Part shown: positions 50,234 through 60,747 of the stretch, piece by piece
Layout of the letters: each line of letters begins with the position of its first letter
How positions within the stretch are numbered: the stretch's first letter is position 1
The notes under the pieces: model-generated
What the model was told of the DNA's origin: nothing
What the model saw: the letters and a program-made list of their open reading frames with translations, nothing else
Database searches by the model: none
Translations under genes and position numbers: made by a program
From: Schmidtea nova
Lineage: Eukaryota
NCBI GenBank assembly: GCA_044892505.1
Contig: CM097882.1
Coordinates: 312,790,001-312,854,000, forward strand
DNA: 64,000 nt
Reading direction: 5' to 3'

Positions 50234-52867
50234 ATGACTCAATCACCTGCTGCTCAGTCAACTGCTGCTGATGTAATGACTCAGTCTATTGCAAATCAGT
50301 CAACTGTGACGAAGCAATATGAATTAGAAAACATTCTCAAATATCAAATTTCTAAATTGCAATGTTTTCAATCGATTTTGGATAATCTTTCTCAACTAAA
50401 TGGTGGAAATCTCGCTACTGCCTCAGTTCTATCTGATGCGAATGCAAGTCAACGGAGTTCTTTCGATCAAGGATCTAAAATTTCTCCAAACCAATCTGAT
50501 AATATGCCACTTTCTTATGCTGATATTGAGACTAAATTCACTAAATCAAAGGATTTACTGATTGTCAAGCGCCTGGATTCATTGGAGTCTCAATTTATGA
50601 ATATGGCTGAAAAGTTAGATTATTTGGTTTCTTTTTTTAATGGCTCTGTTGATGATTTATCAGATTTTCCTAAAGTAAATGAAAATAATTTAAATAATAA
50701 TCCTTTCAATAAAAATAAAGTTTTTGATATCAAAGATAAATTAATTGTAAATAATGTAGTTTTAGATAAATCAAATATTTCAGAATTTATTGAAAATAAT
50801 ATTGCTAAAATTCCTAATAGTTTAATTGATGTAAATAATAAAATGTGTAATTCAAATAATAAATTTCTAAATAACCCTAATAAAGAGAATGTTAAACATT
50901 TTAATAATCCCAAAGAAACATCTTCAATTGATTTGACTAACGATAAAATTATGCCAAATGAAAACATAGAAATAATTATTAAAAATAATAAAAAATCTGT
51001 TAAAATTATAGAACCTAATAAAACAACTAAACAGAAGTATGATAAATTTGAATTTAAAAATCTGGTTCGTATTTTAACGAAAAGGGAACGCCAGAAAATC
51101 TTGAATGCCTTCCCTGCTTTAATACAACTAATTAAAAAGAAAGAATCACAGAGTAAATATTTTGAAATTAATAAATTTCTTTCGAGCAAAGATTTTAATG
51201 TGAATCACTTGAATTTAATTAATTTTGATTATTTTTTCTATAGAAATTGTAATCTTTGTGTATCTTTAAAATTGTACAACGCTCCTGTCATTTCATCAGC
51301 ACCAAAACCAGTTGTTTTAAAAACTATTAAATTAATTGACCATAATATCGTCAAAATAAATTCTGAAATCCCTGACTTTGTTCGAGCTCCAATGTCAATT
51401 CGAAGATTTTTATTCAATCTTTCGCACGATCTTTCAAACACTGTTTCCATCAAGGATGAGAAACACAGGGGAAATAAAATAAATAACATTCTTACTTCAA
51501 TGAAACATAAACAACAATTACCAGATTATTTAATAAAATCAAACATTAAATACAAAAATGGTGAGTTCCTATTATTAGATTTGACTAACGATAAAATCAA
51601 ATTGAACGACGATAATAACTTGATAAAATCAAATTTTTCTGAACTTACTAGAAGTCAGATTAAAAATCTTTACTATTCTTATCCTTCTCTTAAGGAAGTT
51701 TGTTTCGTTGAAAATCTTGAAACAAGATCATCATCCGTTAGTAAAATTATCGAATCTTTAAAGTTAATTAATGAATTTCCAAAAAATATCATTTTTAAAG
51801 AGGGTAAATTTTATCAGTCTGATAAAAGAACAATCTCACCTAGTAGTTCTCCTGACATAATGTTCAACCTTGGTCTTTTTAATTTAGCTAGTATGAGTAG
51901 AAAAGATTGTGAATTAAAATCCATTTTAGAGAAGACTGGTTGTGACTTTAAAATAGTTGAAATAATATTCTACCTCAACTATTTAGGCTTGACTCAATCT
52001 TTAGAATTTTGCAAAAATCAAACTTATTCTGATTATGTGAGGAATTACGTCTGCAATTGCTGCTTGATAAACTCACTCTGTAGTATTGCTGATGTTGATT
52101 CGCTTTCATCTGATGATTTTGAGGGTTGGGCGACCGAAATTGTTCAGAAAATCCCAGTTTCTTCCTATTACTTCAATAGCTGCCAGGAAAAGCTTTTAAA
52201 GCTGAAGCAATGGGACATTTCAACTAAAATCAAAAGAATCCATAACGTTATTTCACCTGAAATAATATCTTATTTAAATAACTTTCTTGACTCTGTAGAC
52301 GTAAAATTTCCATCTAAGTCTCAACAACATAATATTCTAATTAAATTAATGAAAGCTATCAATGACATTAAAATCTTTGATGACATACACGGAAATAAAG
52401 CAAAAAGACTTGTTTACTTTTTGCTAAGAGATGCCAAGAAATATTTGAATAAAAATCAACGATTCAGATTATTTGAATCGAGCAATAAATATTGCACTTC
52501 AGAGATGGAGAATATAATTTCAGTAATAATTGAGAACCTTACCAAAGTTACTGACCATGAAGTTACTACTCCTGAAATCACAGTTGAAGAAACGCCAATT
52601 GAAATAACTTGTGATCCTGAACCTATCGTCTTGATTAAGGAAATAAACTGTTTAAAATGTAACATTATCATCGAAAAATGTATTCTTGTTAGAGATGGAA
52701 CAAACGTCAACATCTGTGAAAGCTGTCTATTTGACGCAATTACCTTTGAAAAGCCGATTCCTGAAGCTACTAATTCGGATATCGAAGAAAATATAGAAAC
52801 AAATAGTAAGAAATCTTGTCCAAGACCTAGAAAAACAGACAAGAAAACATTAACCAAAGCAAAATGA
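50234..52867 (+). CDS. ORF1 protein, copy 7
   Basis: 877 aa intact. Confidence 0.88.
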   Translation: MTQSPAAQSTAADVMTQSIANQSTVTKQYELENILKYQISKLQCFQSILDNLSQLNGGNLATASVLSDANASQRSSFDQGSKISPNQSDNMPLSYADIETKFTKSKDLLIVKRLDSLESQFMNMAEKLDYLVSFFNGSVDDLSDFPKVNENNLNNNPFNKNKVFDIKDKLIVNNVVLDKSNISEFIENNIAKIPNSLIDVNNKMCNSNNKFLNNPNKENVKHFNNPKETSSIDLTNDKIMPNENIEIIIKNNKKSVKIIEPNKTTKQKYDKFEFKNLVRILTKRERQKILNAFPALIQLIKKKESQSKYFEINKFLSSKDFNVNHLNLINFDYFFYRNCNLCVSLKLYNAPVISSAPKPVVLKTIKLIDHNIVKINSEIPDFVRAPMSIRRFLFNLSHDLSNTVSIKDEKHRGNKINNILTSMKHKQQLPDYLIKSNIKYKNGEFLLLDLTNDKIKLNDDNNLIKSNFSELTRSQIKNLYYSYPSLKEVCFVENLETRSSSVSKIIESLKLINEFPKNIIFKEGKFYQSDKRTISPSSSPDIMFNLGLFNLASMSRKDCELKSILEKTGCDFKIVEIIFYLNYLGLTQSLEFCKNQTYSDYVRNYVCNCCLINSLCSIADVDSLSSDDFEGWATEIVQKIPVSSYYFNSCQEKLLKLKQWDISTKIKRIHNVISPEIISYLNNFLDSVDVKFPSKSQQHNILIKLMKAINDIKIFDDIHGNKAKRLVYFLLRDAKKYLNKNQRFRLFESSNKYCTSEMENIISVIIENLTKVTDHEVTTPEITVEETPIEITCDPEPIVLIKEINCLKCNIIIEKCILVRDGTNVNICESCLFDAITFEKPIPEATNSDIEENIETNSKKSCPRPRKTDKKTLTKAK

Positions 52868-52873
52868 AGATGT

Positions 52874-55800
52874 GTGCCTGCATCAGCTCAATCGTCTGCC
52901 ATTCCCTCTAATGAGACTGATGCAGAGAGCACAACTAAAAATAATATTTCAACTATCGACAATCGTGATCCTGAAGTGTGGTTTTCTGATAATGATATTG
53001 ATTGGTATCTTGAAAACCACATTGATAATCCAATGCATGGATATATTAAATGCTTTATAGTAAATATCATCTGTTCTAACATCACAGAAGATATTGTTGA
53101 AATTCCACCATCTATTAGCAATGCTGAAATTGTATTTTGTCCACTCAACATTAACAATTCGCACTGGATTCTTTTTGTTTATAGTAAGAAAATGTTATCT
53201 TCTTACTTTATTGACCCAATCCTTGCAAACAGACAAAAGCCAATCAATAAACAAATGGCTCAGAGAATTAACCTAAAACTGAATAGATTTTTTAATCTAA
53301 ATATATCTGTGTCCCGACATCCACACAAACATCTTGAATATCAAAATAACAGCTTTGATTGTGGCCCATTTACGTGTGCTTATGCTGTGATTATCAGTAA
53401 AGATTTGAACAGCTTTCCAAATGGGTTCATAGAGAAAATTCGTACCAGTGTGCATGAAAATCAAAATCGTATGCAAATAACCGAATCCACCTTATTCGCT
53501 GGTACTAACTCCAAGATGGACATGACCAAAATAAATATCAAGAAAGCCCTTGCAAAAAAGAAAGTCATCACCAACACCTCAGATATGACCAAAGTATTGA
53601 ACACTCAAAAACCGTGTGTGTCATCAATAATTAGTAAATATTACGAAAGTAATTCTAAAATAACAGTCTTATCTGCTGAACTAACTTTAAACCTAATTGC
53701 ACAAAATACCTCCTTCATAGCTGATAATGTCACTTTCAAGCAGTTCAAAGGAATCGATCATGTTATAAGCATCATTCCTAAATTTAACGATTGGTGTCTC
53801 TTTGTCTATTCGAATAAACTTGACAGGAGCTACATGTTCGACTTCAATTATCGAAACATTGATGAAAGGCTAATTGAAATTGGTGAAAAGATAACTGAAT
53901 ATCTGAATCAATTCACTCTTGTTTCTAAAATAAAATTCACACCTCATCATAGAATTTCTCATCCAACATTTCATTCTTACGATGATCAATATTTTGCAAG
54001 TTCTTTTATTGTATTTTTTGAGAAACTTGTCTTTGAAAGAATACTGGACAATGATAAGGTTTATGACTCATTAAGTGCTCTAAAATATCAGTCTTGTAAA
54101 GATCTTTCTCCTAGCTTAAGTTTCATTAATGGTAAAATATCCGACAAAATTATTGAGGAATATTTTGCTAGCCTAAACTTATCGACCAAATATATTCTTC
54201 TAAACACAACAATGTGTAGTGCGCTTTCAGATGATTGCACTGAATACTTGAAAGACTTTGTAAACATTGAGTGCATGATGAAGGCTACTGTAATCTTTGT
54301 AATCATTTCTCCTCCAAGAGCCCACGACTTGCTCATGGTTATTGATTACGACGCTGATGAGCACTATTTATTAAGCCCAGTCACTAATGACTTGTTCGTT
54401 ATGACTGAAGGATTCTGCTATAAATTACTAATTAAAATTAATGAGATTAGAGAGAGCACAGGACGTGCCTTGAAATCGCGTAATTGTCGACATGACGTTA
54501 AAGGTTCTGGCTTATTTAGTAGGTTATTAATCTGTGCCTTTATTAAATATTATGCATTTGACCGATCTCTAGAAAATATCAATCTACATGAAATTGGCAA
54601 AATTATCTACTCACTTGTGCCATTAGTTGATAAAAATGATAATGCTGAGGAAGAAAGACGACTAAAATCAAAAGCTGTAAACTCTTTAAAACTAAATTTA
54701 AAACAGCGAATAGAAAAAGCCAATAATCTTATAATTTCACTTGAACACGCCAGTATTGATGAAATCATAAGTGGCATTCTTTCAAATATTCCTCGTCTTA
54801 AAGATTTGAACACCGATCACATTCGTACACCATATTTAGGTACTAAAATAGAAAAAGCTAGAAAATTCAAAAATTCCACTGAATTTCTGTCAAACATGAA
54901 AAAGACTGTGTATAGGATTTTGGGTAACAACACAGAATCAATTGCACCTCCTTTTCAGGAAATTATTGACTATTTCAGTCATCCTGATACATTACCTAGA
55001 AATTGGGAAAACATCTTAAAATTCACTAAGAGTTCTAAATATAGTCTTGAATTAAATCCAATGACACCTAAAGAAATCCTTTCAAGTCTTTGCAAAGCTG
55101 ACAACACTTCTCCAGGTCTTGATAATGTTTGTTATAAAGATCTTTTGTTATTAGACCCTGAATGTAAATTGCTAGCTTTTCTGTACAATAAAATCCTAAA
55201 ATTAGACATTATTCCTACAAGTTGGAAATCATTTAAAACCATACTAATCCCCAAACCAGATAAAAATGGCCAATATCATAAAATATATTCTTGGCGACCA
55301 ATTGCCTTATTATCTGTCATTTACAAAGTCTTCGCTTCAGTTTTGGCAAATCGTCTAAGCTTATGGATAAGAAATAATTCCATGTTACACATTGGCCAAA
55401 AGGGTGGTTCGGAGTACGAAGGATGTATTGAACACAACTCTATTCTTTCTGCTATCGTCGAACATTCAAAATACAGCAAGTCTTTACCTTTAACGATAGC
55501 TTGGCTAGACATCAAAGATGCCTTCGGAAGTGTTCCACATGACTACATGTGGACACTGTTAAAACACATAAATGTTAGTGATAGGTTTGTAGGAATTTTA
55601 AAACTGCTCTATACTGATACAAGCTCGTTTTATTGTTGCAATAAAATGCAGACACCGGATATTCCAATAAAGAAAGGAGTTAAACAAGGTTGTCCGATCT
55701 CAATGATATTGTTTGCAATAGCTATTAACCCAGTACTTGAGTCTATTAATCTATCAAACGTTAATCCTTTTACGATTGGAACATCTCCGGTACAGGTGTT

Positions 55801-57484
55801 GGCTTATGCGGATGATATCGCACTTATCGCGACAAATACCTCTGATCTGCAAATACTCATAAACGTTGCTGTAAACACTGCTAAAACAATTGGATTTGAA
55901 TATCGTCCAGAAAAGTGCGCTTATATGCAATACCCTAAAATAGAAACTGTAAGCGAGATTTCTGTCAACAACGTTCTTATAAAAAAGATTGCAACAAATG
56001 AATTTTACCAATACTTGGGAGTACCAATAGGTGACAATAATGACCAAAGTCCCTATGAAATTCTAAGCAAAGTAATTGAAGACACAAAGAAAATAGCAAA
56101 TTCTGATCTTTACGGCTGGCAAAAATTTAAAGCGTATAAGGTCTTTCTGCATTCTCGCTTGATTTTTCCATTTAGAACTAGGGAAATCAAAACAAGTTCT
56201 TTAGCTGATTCGAGTAAAAATTCAAAATTAAATGTAAATAATACGAGTATTTTGAGGAGTCATCTTAGAAAAATATTGCACTTGCCACACTACTCTGAGA
56301 TTAGCTATTTTTATAATTCTACTGAAAACGGCGGTGCAGGCTGCATAGACTTACTTGACGAGTATCATACACAGACAATCGTGTACTTTTTCCGCTTGTT
56401 AACATCAACGTGCGAATATTCGAAAAAGATAAATACTGACTCGCTTTTATTTGTCACAAGTCCGAGACTCGGAATCAAAAATCCAGTTCTTAAACAAAGT
56501 TTAGAATGGATAAATGGAAAAGAGAGCAAGAAAAACAACAGTGGTTGCAAAACTCGATTTTATCGGTTGCGATCATCCATTGCTTACTTTTCTAAAGTTC
56601 ACAACATTAAATTGTTATTTGAAACAGTGAAAGGGAATCCTTCTATCCGTATAACCACTACACTTAAGGGAACACGTATATTATTACCAACATTAAGAAA
56701 AGCCTTGTCAATGATTTTACATTCAGCTCTCCAGGATTCGTATCTCGAGAAATGGGAGAATAGCAATCATAATAATCTGCTTGTATCTGCGATAAAACTC
56801 TGTCCACTTGTCAACAAGCTTATTTTCCGCAGTGATTTGACAGAATTTGAATGGAGATTCGTCCATCGAGCAAGAACGAATACATTATCAATATTTGCGA
56901 AGCCATATAAAACTGGCGAAAATCGTCTTTGTCGTAGATGTAAGCTTGAAGATGAGACTTTATCACACGTTCTTCAAACTTGTAAAATGAACAAATCTTT
57001 GGCAACTAGTCGACATAACGCTTGCTTAGAAAAAATAAAAAGCGAGTTGAAAGATCCAAACTTGTTAGTTGTTGCGGATCATAAATGTTCCCTAGTACCG
57101 ACATCAACTGAACGCGTTGATTTAATAATAACCAATAATGATAAAAAGACCATATTATTGGTAGACATGAAATGCCCAATCGATTCGGTGCCCAACTTTG
57201 ACTTGGCTGATAAAAAAAACATAGAAAAGTATGATAAACTAAATTCGGAAATTAAAATAGCCAAACCCGATTATAAAGTTGAGTTGTTTACCTGCATCAT
57301 AGGCTCATTAGGATCCATTGAAATTAAAACACCTGATCTTTTAGTAAAAATGGGCGTAAAAGAAAATAAAGTAAAACGTCTGATGAAAGAGTGTGCAATT
57401 AGCAATATTGCGCACTCGGCCAAAATTTGGTACTTTCATACCAATGGCTTTCTTCCAGATAATATAAGACAAACTTGTAAATAA
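52874..57484 (+). CDS. ORF2 protease/RT/RLE polyprotein, copy 7
   Basis: Intact, same motifs. Confidence 0.95.
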   Translation: MPASAQSSAIPSNETDAESTTKNNISTIDNRDPEVWFSDNDIDWYLENHIDNPMHGYIKCFIVNIICSNITEDIVEIPPSISNAEIVFCPLNINNSHWILFVYSKKMLSSYFIDPILANRQKPINKQMAQRINLKLNRFFNLNISVSRHPHKHLEYQNNSFDCGPFTCAYAVIISKDLNSFPNGFIEKIRTSVHENQNRMQITESTLFAGTNSKMDMTKINIKKALAKKKVITNTSDMTKVLNTQKPCVSSIISKYYESNSKITVLSAELTLNLIAQNTSFIADNVTFKQFKGIDHVISIIPKFNDWCLFVYSNKLDRSYMFDFNYRNIDERLIEIGEKITEYLNQFTLVSKIKFTPHHRISHPTFHSYDDQYFASSFIVFFEKLVFERILDNDKVYDSLSALKYQSCKDLSPSLSFINGKISDKIIEEYFASLNLSTKYILLNTTMCSALSDDCTEYLKDFVNIECMMKATVIFVIISPPRAHDLLMVIDYDADEHYLLSPVTNDLFVMTEGFCYKLLIKINEIRESTGRALKSRNCRHDVKGSGLFSRLLICAFIKYYAFDRSLENINLHEIGKIIYSLVPLVDKNDNAEEERRLKSKAVNSLKLNLKQRIEKANNLIISLEHASIDEIISGILSNIPRLKDLNTDHIRTPYLGTKIEKARKFKNSTEFLSNMKKTVYRILGNNTESIAPPFQEIIDYFSHPDTLPRNWENILKFTKSSKYSLELNPMTPKEILSSLCKADNTSPGLDNVCYKDLLLLDPECKLLAFLYNKILKLDIIPTSWKSFKTILIPKPDKNGQYHKIYSWRPIALLSVIYKVFASVLANRLSLWIRNNSMLHIGQKGGSEYEGCIEHNSILSAIVEHSKYSKSLPLTIAWLDIKDAFGSVPHDYMWTLLKHINVSDRFVGILKLLYTDTSSFYCCNKMQTPDIPIKKGVKQGCPISMILFAIAINPVLESINLSNVNPFTIGTSPVQVLAYADDIALIATNTSDLQILINVAVNTAKTIGFEYRPEKCAYMQYPKIETVSEISVNNVLIKKIATNEFYQYLGVPIGDNNDQSPYEILSKVIEDTKKIANSDLYGWQKFKAYKVFLHSRLIFPFRTREIKTSSLADSSKNSKLNVNNTSILRSHLRKILHLPHYSEISYFYNSTENGGAGCIDLLDEYHTQTIVYFFRLLTSTCEYSKKINTDSLLFVTSPRLGIKNPVLKQSLEWINGKESKKNNSGCKTRFYRLRSSIAYFSKVHNIKLLFETVKGNPSIRITTTLKGTRILLPTLRKALSMILHSALQDSYLEKWENSNHNNLLVSAIKLCPLVNKLIFRSDLTEFEWRFVHRARTNTLSIFAKPYKTGENRLCRRCKLEDETLSHVLQTCKMNKSLATSRHNACLEKIKSELKDPNLLVVADHKCSLVPTSTERVDLIITNNDKKTILLVDMKCPIDSVPNFDLADKKNIEKYDKLNSEIKIAKPDYKVELFTCIIGSLGSIEIKTPDLLVKMGVKENKVKRLMKECAISNIAHSAKIWYFHTNGFLPDNIRQTCK

Positions 57485-57837
57485 ATAATTATATATATAT
57501 AAATATTTGCTTTTTAAACTCTGTAAATAAAATTTAAAGTAAATATTTTGTAAAGTAATTTTTGTATTAAATATCCAATCTTTTTAATCTGATAAATTGT
57601 CTTTGAGAGTTATTAAATTGGGAGACCAAGTATTCTGCAACGTATGTCACTTATTCTAGACTTATCAACTTCAAAAGAATACAGTCGCAAAGCTGGATGA
57701 CGAAATCCAAAGAACCAGAAACTTCCATTCAGATTGAACAATTATATTTTGACTGTGATTGTTTAGGGACTAATCCATGTTGATTAGATAATCTGTAAAA
57801 AAAATATGTCAAACTTGTTATATTTAATAAATGTTTA

Positions 57838-57892
57838 TTATCACGTCTGCCTAACACGCAGAAGGTCCCCGGTTCGATCCTGGGTCGAACCA
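57838..57892 (+). pseudogene. 3' fragment (nt 19-73) of tRNA-Val split by copy 7
   Basis: Starts with the TSD; C62T at 57881. Confidence 0.9.
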
Positions 57893-58072
57893 AATTTTTC
57901 TCAATTCATTATTTGACTTTTATTATATTTGCAACTCTTTTTTAAATTCATAACGCAATTTTGTTGTTGAATTCTCTACTTTGTACATAAATTTTATTCA
58001 AGTGAATTCAGTACATTTTGTCAAGGTAATTCGAAAATCAAACATGCACAACAATTGTTAGTTGAAACTGTC

Positions 58073-58103
58073 GGTTCGATGGTGTAGCGGTTATCACGTC
58101 TGC
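58073..58103 (+). pseudogene. 5' half (nt 1-31) of tRNA-Val split by copy 8
   Basis: Ends in TTATCACGTCTGC, then TTCGATG. Confidence 0.9.
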
Positions 58104-58107
58104 TTCG

Positions 58108-60741
58108 ATGACTCAATCACCTGCTGCTCAGTCAACTGCTGCTGATGTAATGACTCAGTCTATTGCAAATCAGTCAACTGTGACGAAGCAATATGAATTA
58201 GAAAACATTCTCAAATATCAAATTTCTAAATTGCAATGTTTTCAATCGATTTTGGATAATCTTTCTCAACTAAATGGTGGAAATCTTGCTACTGCCTCAG
58301 TTCTATCTGATGCGAATGCAAGTCAACGGAGTTCTTTCGATCAAGGATCTAAAATTTCTCCAAACCAATCTGATAATATGCCACTTTCTTATGCTGATAT
58401 TGAGACTAAATTCACTAAATCAAAGGATTTACTGATTGTCAAGCGCCTGGATTCATTGGAGTCTCAATTTATGAATATGGCTGAAAAGTTAGATTATTTG
58501 GTTTCTTTGTTTAATGGCTCTGTTGATGATTTATCAGATTTTCCTAAAGTAAATGAAAATAATTTAAATAATAATCCTTTCAATAAAAATAAAGTTTTTG
58601 ATATCAAAGATAAATTAATTGTAAATAATGTAGTTTTAGATAAATCAAATATTTCAGAATTTATTGAAAATAATATTGCTAAAATTCCTAATAGTTTAAT
58701 TGATGTAAATAATAAAATGTGTAATTCAAATAATAAATTTCTAAATAACCCTAATAAAGAGAATGTTAAACATTTTAATAATCCCAAAGATACATCTTCA
58801 ATTGATTTGACTAACGATAAAATTATGCCAAATGAAAACATAGAAATAATTATTAAAAATAATAAAAAATCTGTTAAAATTATAGAACTTTATAAAACAA
58901 CTAAACAGAAGTATGATAAATTTGAATTTAAAAGTCTGGTTCGTATTTTAACGAAAAGGGAACGCCAGAAAATCTTGAATGCCTTCCCTGCTTTAATACA
59001 ACTAATTAAAAAGAAAGAATCACAGAGTAAATATTTTGAAATTAATAAATTTCTTTCGAGCAAAGATTTTAATATGAATCACTTGAATTTAATTAATTTT
59101 GATTATTTTTTCTATAGAAATTGTAATCTTTGTGTATCTTTAAAATTGAACAACGCTCCTGTCATTTCATCAGCACCAAAACCTGTTGTTTTAAAAACTA
59201 TTAAATTAATTGACCATAATATCGTCAAAATAAATTCTGAAATCCCTGACTTTGTTCGAGCTCCAATGTCAATTCGAAGATTTTTATTCAATCTTTCGCA
59301 CGATCTTTCAAACACTGTTTCCATCAAGGATGAGAAACACGGGGGAAATAAAATAAATAACATTCTTACTTCAATGAAACATAAACAACAATTACCAGAT
59401 TATTTAATAAAATCAAACATTAAATACGAAAATGGTGAGTTCTTATTATTAGATTTGACTAACGATAAAATCAAATTGAACGACGATAATAACTTGATAA
59501 AATCAAATTTTTCTGAACTTACTAGAAGTCAGATTAAAAATCTTTACCATTCTTATCCTTCTCTTAAGGAAGTTTGTTTCGTTGAAAATCTTGAAACAAG
59601 ATCATCATCCGTTAGTAAAATTATCGAATCTTTAAAGTTAATTAATGAATTTCCAAAAAATATCATTTTTAAAGAGGGTAAATTTTATCAGTCTGATAAA
59701 AGAACAATCTCACCTAGTAGTTCTCCTGACATAATGTTCAACCTTGGTCTTTTTAATTTAGCTAGTATGAGTAGAAAAGATTGTGAATTAAAATCCATTT
59801 TAGAGAAGACTGGTTGTGACTTTAAAATAGTTGAAATAATATTCTACCTCAACTATTTAGGCTTGACTCAATCTTTAGAATTTTGCAAAAATCAAACTTA
59901 TTCTGATTATGTGAGGAATTACGTCTGTAATTGCTGCTTGATAAACTCACTCTGTAGTATTGCTGATGTTGATTCGCTTTCATCTGATGATTTTGAGGGT
60001 TGGGCGACCGAAATTGTTCAGAAAATCCCAGTTTCTTCCTATTACTTCAATAGCTGCCAGGAAAAGCTTTTAAAGCTGAAGCAATGGGACATTTCAACTA
60101 AAATCAAAAGAATCCATAACGTTATTTCACCTGAAATAATATCTTATTTAAATAACTTTCTTGACTCTGTAGACGTAAAATTTCCATCTAAGTCTCAACA
60201 ACATAATATTCTAATTAAATTAATGAAAGCTATCAATGACATTAAAATTTTTGATGACATACACGGAAATAAAGCAAAAAGACTTGTTTACTTTTTGCTA
60301 AGAGATGCCAAGAAATATTTGAATAAAAATCAACGATTCAGATTATTTGAATCGAGCAATAAATATTGCACTTTAGAGATGGAGAATATAATTTCAGTAA
60401 TAATTGAGAACCTTACCAAAGTTACTGACCATGAAGTTACTACTCCTGAAATCACAGTTGAAGAAACGCCAATTGAAATAACTTGTGATCCTGAACCTAT
60501 CGTCTTGATTAAGGAAATAAACTGTTTAAAATGCAACAATATCATCGAAAAATGCATTCTTGTTAGAGATGGAACAAACGTCAACATCTGTGAAAGCTGT
60601 CTATTTGACGCAATTACCTTTGAAAAGCCGATTCCTGAAGCTACTAATTCGGATATCGAAGAAAATATAGAAACAAATTGTAAGAAATCTTGTCCAAGAC
60701 CTAGAAAAACAGACAAGAAAACATCAACCAAAGCAAAATGA
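58108..60741 (+). CDS. ORF1 protein, copy 8 (most divergent)
   Basis: 877 aa intact with several private substitutions. Confidence 0.88.
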   Translation: MTQSPAAQSTAADVMTQSIANQSTVTKQYELENILKYQISKLQCFQSILDNLSQLNGGNLATASVLSDANASQRSSFDQGSKISPNQSDNMPLSYADIETKFTKSKDLLIVKRLDSLESQFMNMAEKLDYLVSLFNGSVDDLSDFPKVNENNLNNNPFNKNKVFDIKDKLIVNNVVLDKSNISEFIENNIAKIPNSLIDVNNKMCNSNNKFLNNPNKENVKHFNNPKDTSSIDLTNDKIMPNENIEIIIKNNKKSVKIIELYKTTKQKYDKFEFKSLVRILTKRERQKILNAFPALIQLIKKKESQSKYFEINKFLSSKDFNMNHLNLINFDYFFYRNCNLCVSLKLNNAPVISSAPKPVVLKTIKLIDHNIVKINSEIPDFVRAPMSIRRFLFNLSHDLSNTVSIKDEKHGGNKINNILTSMKHKQQLPDYLIKSNIKYENGEFLLLDLTNDKIKLNDDNNLIKSNFSELTRSQIKNLYHSYPSLKEVCFVENLETRSSSVSKIIESLKLINEFPKNIIFKEGKFYQSDKRTISPSSSPDIMFNLGLFNLASMSRKDCELKSILEKTGCDFKIVEIIFYLNYLGLTQSLEFCKNQTYSDYVRNYVCNCCLINSLCSIADVDSLSSDDFEGWATEIVQKIPVSSYYFNSCQEKLLKLKQWDISTKIKRIHNVISPEIISYLNNFLDSVDVKFPSKSQQHNILIKLMKAINDIKIFDDIHGNKAKRLVYFLLRDAKKYLNKNQRFRLFESSNKYCTLEMENIISVIIENLTKVTDHEVTTPEITVEETPIEITCDPEPIVLIKEINCLKCNNIIEKCILVRDGTNVNICESCLFDAITFEKPIPEATNSDIEENIETNCKKSCPRPRKTDKKTSTKAK

Positions 60742-60747
60742 AGATGT

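Larger units (their letters stand above)
50230..57837 (+). mobile_element. Retrotransposon copy 7 (full length, class B, 13-bp TSD)
   Basis: TSD at 50217-50229 and 57838-57850. Confidence 0.95.
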
